Shown one piece after another: positions 58,037 through 64,000 of a stretch of 64,000 bases of DNA; the stretch's first letter is position 1; every line of letters begins with the position of its first letter. Under the pieces are notes generated by a model, which worked only from the letters and a program-made list of their open reading frames with translations, ran no database searches and had not been told where the DNA came from. Made by a program: the position numbers and the translations under genes. This DNA comes from Octopus vulgaris (Eukaryota). The stretch is taken from the NCBI GenBank assembly GCA_951406725.2, contig OX597818.1, forward strand, positions 99,696,001-99,760,000, in the 5' to 3' direction.

Positions 58037-58402
58037 ATATTTATATATATATGTATATATTTATATATGTATATATATATATATATATAATATATATATA
58101 CACATATGTACATATAAATTATATATATGTATATGCATTTTATATATGCATATATGTACACAGACACACACACACACGTATATATATATGTACAAATATA
58201 TATATATATATACACACATATATATATATACATATATATATACATGTACAAATATATATATATGCATATCTTCACACAAATAAATACATGCATATATATA
58301 TGCGTATATATGTCTATACATATGTGTGCAGTAATATACACACAAACATGCTCTCACATATATACGCATACATACATTCACACTCACACACATATAAATA
58401 TA

Positions 58403-58444
<42 letters not shown>

Positions 58445-59329
58445 GGAGTTGGTATATAAACATATATAAGTGTTAATATCTGAACAGTCCTGTGTTTAGG
58501 CGGACAAGTGAATCTATATCGCTATGTATGAGGAAGATAGAAAGAAGGAACGCCATTTAATATCATAATTTTTTTTCTTTCCTTTCCTTTCTGTGAATTC
58601 ATTTGGGTGTATATTGCGCAGATCAAAGTGGTCACATCAATCAGAGTGCACATTTAGCAGTTATCGATCTCTCAGTTCACGTACACATCTCTACGTACCT
58701 AAGCAAGAAGCACATACATAGACACACACCACGCCTCACATAAGCACGTATAGACACACGCAGACACCCACAGACATGCGCAGACTCTAGCACATACACA
58801 CACACACACACGCACACACATGCAGACACAAACACAGACACACCTATATTGATATGTACATGTACATACGTCAATACACACATATGTAAATGTGCACACA
58901 CACATACACATATATGTATGTATGTATATATATATATGTGTGTGTGTGTGTATATACATATATATATATATATATATTTATATGTATATATGTATATATT
59001 TCCATGCACTTATATATACGTATGTGTATTAGTTTGTTTGTGTGTGTGCGCATGTGTGAGTGTAAGTGCGTGTGCATGTATGTATGTGAGTGTGTGTATA
59101 TGTGTATATATAGTTAGTAACGGGCCCACACTTTTATGAAACCAATATAGACAACTCTGAGCAGCGACTCAAACAGCGACTCACCTTCGAACAACTAATA
59201 TTATCTTTCTGTCCTTCTCTTTCACAATATGCGTATGTGGTCATACACACACACACACACACAATACACATATATATGTGCGTGTGTATGTACATATATA
59301 TACACACATACACATACACACACACACAC

Positions 59330-59369
<40 letters not shown>

Positions 59370-59442
59370 GTATATATATATATATATATATATCTGTGAA
59401 GATATGTATATATATATATATGTATGTATATATATATACACA

Positions 59443-59473
<31 letters not shown>

Positions 59474-60574
59474 TGGAGGGGATAGAGAAAAAAGAGAATG
59501 AGGGAAAATTAGAGAAACAGAAATCTCGATGAGTGAAAATACTCATATATATATATATACTCATGCATAGTGCCCTCACGTATAATGCATGGTAAATGCC
59601 GCCATACGTATATTCTATTTAGAGTTTCCTCGTTTTATCAGGTTTGTCCAACCATGTTCAATGGTCGCAATTTCGCTGGCAAATTAATGACACATTCTCG
59701 AAAAAGAGAAAAAGTCGTGCAATGGGCAAAATTACAGAAAATTCGAGAATAGCACATTTTTGTCAATTGTTTTTAAACCAAAAGTGCATATAGGCTATAT
59801 AATTCACTATAATTGCCTCAAGTCTCCACTAGAATGTCTCTTCGTTGCGCCTATATTTACCACCAAATAAGCATTGCTTTGATGTTTATGTCTTGGGAAA
59901 CATATGCCAACTTCGATTTGCCCTAAATAGACTAGTGTCATTAGTCCATATAGTTATAACCAGTAATATTGTGCTCTTAACATCTGTCTCTAATTGAACA
60001 GCGATTTAACATTTCTGTATTTTTATTTGATACTATGCGCTCAATATTCTTTACACTCGCAGTAAGTGATTTTCCTTTTCATCCACATGCATAACGTATT
60101 TATCTGGGAAAATTATTTTTAATAATCGACACTTTTCATATTTCAGTAACAGGAAAATGTATCCTCGTATACGCTGCGAATTCTTAGAAACGCGACTTTT
60201 TGTTTTCAGGGAATCTATCTAATTTCCGGCTATTTAGAAATGTTATTTAAAGAAAGCTTTGTCAGGTTTTTCGTTTGATCTCATTTATATATTGATGGAA
60301 ATTCTGCATTAACTTAATCCATTTCTTCAAAGGTAAATGTTTCTATGTTCCTATCTGAATCAGTATTGTGAATTTAGTTACAGTTCCTTCTTCCTTTTGA
60401 GCTAAGTTTCAAACACATGTAAATTGTGTTTTAAACGCTGGAATATTTTGAAAGTGAATTATAACTAATACATATATACATTCATGTATACATACATACA
60501 TGCATGCATACATACATACATACATGCATGCATACATACACACACACACACATGTGTGTATATATATATATATA

Positions 60575-60826
60575 TCACCGTCACCGTGACCGACAAGGCT
60601 ATCAGATGTTTTTTCACATCGCTGGTCACAATGCGTTTCGCATTGTTTTAGCCTTCAAATGACGCTACCCCGCTGGCTAAGCGAGCAGGCCAACAGAAGA
60701 AAGAGTGAGAGAAGGTTCTGGCGAAAGAGTACAGCAGGGATCGCCACCACCCCCTGCCAGAGCCTCGTGGAGCTTTAGGTGTTTTCGCTCAATAAACACT
60801 CACAACGCCCGGTCTGAGAATAGAAA

Positions 60827-60828
<2 letters not shown>
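60575..60828 (-). mobile_element. SINE (family D), 5'-truncated at the B box, inserted in (TA)n
   Basis: Minus strand starts ggtttctattctcagaccgggcgttgtgagtgtttattgagcgaaaacac (B box/CORE-like) and ends cggtcacggtgacggtga. Confidence 0.65.
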
Positions 60829-60869
<41 letters not shown>

Positions 60870-61165
60870 GCACAGGCATAAGTCTATGGATGTAACTAAA
60901 CCTAAAAACTGCAGGAACAAACATTTTTTATACCCAATATTTTCTTGGGAAGTTTTACTGATCCGTCTCATTCTACTTCCATAGATATTGTATGAAAATA
61001 AAATGTATTTAAAGTTGCTATAAGAAATAGTTTTAGCTAAAATTTGCAGATATATTAGTGTGGCAAAATATACCGCAGTAGAAAAAGTTGGGTAAGAAAG
61101 GAAGACCATAGCCTTAGTAATAGCAGCTGAGGTTTCCCCAATCACGTCTCGTTTGACCGTATATA

Positions 61166-62030
61166 CAAGGTCTGATCAATAAGTATCTGGACTGTTGCCC
61201 ATAGTAACGAAGCTACAGCACGCAGAGTAAAGCAACTTGTCAAAGATTGACCTTCATCTCTGTTGTGCATGTGCATTAAGTTTCAACGCTCTAATTTAAT
61301 TCCGCTGTTTACAGCAGTGCTTGGAAGGAAGGTGTACAGCGTGTGATCGTCGCATTGACCATGACAAAGTTGTCATGGCGATATCTGCTCGGAGGCCAAC
61401 GCAAAGATGCAGAACGTGTATGGAGACAAGTGTATGAGCCGCGAACAAGTGTACGAGTGATTCAGAAGTCTCCAAGACGGCCGTTCTGGGAGACTCGCAA
61501 CCAGCAGAACTGAGAAAAACATCCCATGTGCGTGCAGCTGTGAGAAGAAATCGTCGAATCACTATCCGTGAGTTATCAGAGGACATGCAGATTAGTTACG
61601 ATTCAGTTCAGTCCAGTATGACTGAAGAGTTGGGTACGAGACGCGTGTCTGTCACATTTGTGCCAAAGCTGCTTTCAGCTAACCAGAAAGTCACTCGAGT
61701 TTCACTTGCATAAGATCTCCTTGATTGTGTCGTGAAAGATGAAAACCTTTTCAAAATTTTGCGTAGACCTCTGAGTAGGTATCGTCAAGCTTTTGACAAA
61801 ATTTGATGCAGCTTCTCTGCTCAGCTTTCTCTGTCATGGCCATGCGACGATCTCACGCTACATATGTTCCTTCCAAGCCCTGCTGTAAATAGCGGAAGTA
61901 AGCTAGAAAGTTAAGACTTAGTGCTCATGCACAATGGAGTTCTATGTCAATCTCTGACAAACAGCTTCACTCTGCGTATCTTAGCTTCGTTACTCTGGCA
62001 ATGATGCACATACTTATTGATTGAACCAGT
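61166..62030. mobile_element. Mariner-derived non-autonomous element with ~200-bp inverted arms
   Basis: TA-flanked ends caaggtctgatcaataagtat / atacttattgattgaaccagt. Plus-strand transposase piece NRRITIRELSEDMQISYDSV..LGTRRVSVTFVPKLL; minus-strand N-terminus MTEKAEQRSCIKFCQKL. Confidence 0.88.
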
Positions 62031-62461
62031 TACAGGCCGTGTTTCTCCTCTCGATTAAAAATAACGTGGTGTTAGACAACGATACCAAATAGCAGATTAT
62101 TGCCAAACATGAAACAGAAAATGCACTTTGACTTCGACAACAGACCATAAAACTCATTTACATTATTCAGACTACTAACAGAACCATTAAGTCCTTCGAC
62201 TCTATCCTTGCCATCCGTAAGAAAAAATGCTAAACGCTTCAGTTAGAAGCAATACACAACACGGACTAGAGCACTGCCTTCCAAATTATCGAATCTATGT
62301 AAGAGCAGTACTAAAATCTGTATGTTCTAAATGTACCTCAAAGACTTTCCTTTATCCGTTTAAGAATTGTATTTAGCTGCTGTTTCTCAAATCCACACAC
62401 CTAGATGACATAACAATCATTTTGCACTAATCCACAAAAGTAGATACAACCTTGCATTAAC

Positions 62462-62878
62462 TTATTTCTTTACTACCCACAAGGGGCTAAACACAGAGAG
62501 GACAAACAAGGACAGACAAACGGATTAAGTCGATTATATCGACCCCAGTGCATGACTGCTACTTATTTAATCGACCCCGAAAGGATGAAAGGCAAAGTCG
62601 ACCTCGGCGAAATTTGAACTCAGAACGTACGGCAGAGGAAATACCTATTTCTTTACTATCCACAAGGGGCTAAACACAGAGAGGACAAACAAGGACTAAC
62701 AAACGGATTAAGTCGATTATATCAACCCCAGTGCGTAACTGGTACTTATTTAATCGACCCCGAAATGATGAAAGGCAAAGTCGACCACGGTGGAATTTGA
62801 ACTCAGAACGTAGCGGCAGACGAAATACTGCTAAGCATTTCGCCCGGTGTGCTAACGTTTCTGCCAGCTCGCTGCCTT
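62462..62878 (-). mobile_element. SINE family A dimer (head plus two body units)
   Basis: Junction gaaata-cc-tatttc at 62638-62651, identical to those in 11684-12222. Confidence 0.92.
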
Positions 62879-63667
62879 GCACTAACCATCTCTGAAACAG
62901 CAAACTTAAAGCAGCTCCTAGGAAGTAGACCATCACACCTCATACCAGTAACGCCAGAGAACCTGATTTGAAGTAAACCATCATACTGAGTATTATAAAT
63001 AGAATACACACACTGAAGACAGACATGTTTTACATATATACTTCTTTCAGTTTCGATTGCTTTTGTAGAGAAAAAAGCAGACCAATGCACAAATACTTAG
63101 ATTTCACAGAAGCACAGCATGCAGTTAGCACAAACAAATGAAAAAATCATTAAGTAAAAAGAAAAACAGTCGATAAATATGTTTTTCGATTCATCATGTT
63201 TCGTAGCAGTCCTGGCTGAGCCTCTAGGCTTTCACATTTAATCATAACAAGCTAAGAAAGAACAACAATTATATCGTACTTTGTTCCATCATGGGCTATA
63301 CGCAGATTACACGCATACATCACCAGCATAAAGGAAAATAAAAATAAAACAACAAAACCAAGCATAAAACCAAAGCTGTATCAACGTACGTATGACATTT
63401 TTTTCTCACAATTACTTCTGCTACATTTTCAATCACCCAAAGCAAAAATGATTTTTCGAAAAGAATAAACGATTTCTATTAATCCTACCATTCATTCAGT
63501 CCAGACAAACTGAAAATACTTAGTACACATGAAATTAACAGCATTAATAGCATCCATATACCATATTGAAATACCAAGCAGCAAAGATGAATGCAAAGGA
63601 GCAGCAGCTACTGACTTTGGCTGGGATTCAGCTGCCATCTGTCGTGGCCGCCATAATACACAGACAC

Positions 63668-63727
<60 letters not shown>

Positions 63728-64000
63728 TATTTGATAAACAGAAACTATGTTTTTATGTGGTATCATTAGTTTCATGCGATGGGAGTATGCCAGACAGTAC
63801 TTTTTAACATTTATGGTGCCTCAGCTCAATCTCCGGACATTGCCCACATAGCTTAACAAGAAGCAAATAGCTATTTTTAGCTTGTTATACTATGTAAGTA
63901 GCATCTGAAGATTGCATTGATAGACCAAACGTGTTTAAAAGTGCTGTTGGAATGTTCTCATCGCATGAAACCAATAATAGCACATAAAAAAAATATTTCA

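Noticed and set aside
63631-63645. CTCF-like motif on the minus strand (also 3949-3963)
   Set aside because: Only the AGATGGCAGC half matches, which is expected by chance.

Overview
AT-rich, microsatellite-saturated eukaryotic non-coding DNA, most consistent with an octopus (coleoid cephalopod) genome. That assignment is inferred from the tRNA-derived SINE families and the density of (TA)n, (TCTA)n and (AAT)n tracts. No host protein-coding gene is recognisable, and almost all ORFs in the track are translations of simple repeats. The window holds many SINE copies from 4 families, decayed LINE fragments (R4/Dong-type RLE, Tx1/L1, RTE, one RT motif) and decayed DNA transposons (Tc1, a mariner-derived MITE, a hAT MITE, a 9-bp-TSD foldback). 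The most notable signal is four small repeat families that each carry a minimal hammerhead-ribozyme (HHR) fold with a non-canonical catalytic core. One of these is a highly structured ~350-nt unit, present once as ~1.25 tandem units and once as a TSD-flanked monomer, which looks like a retrozyme or Penelope-pLTR-derived element. A second notable signal is SINE multimers joined at one fixed junction. All structures were read by eye; none was folded or searched computationally.
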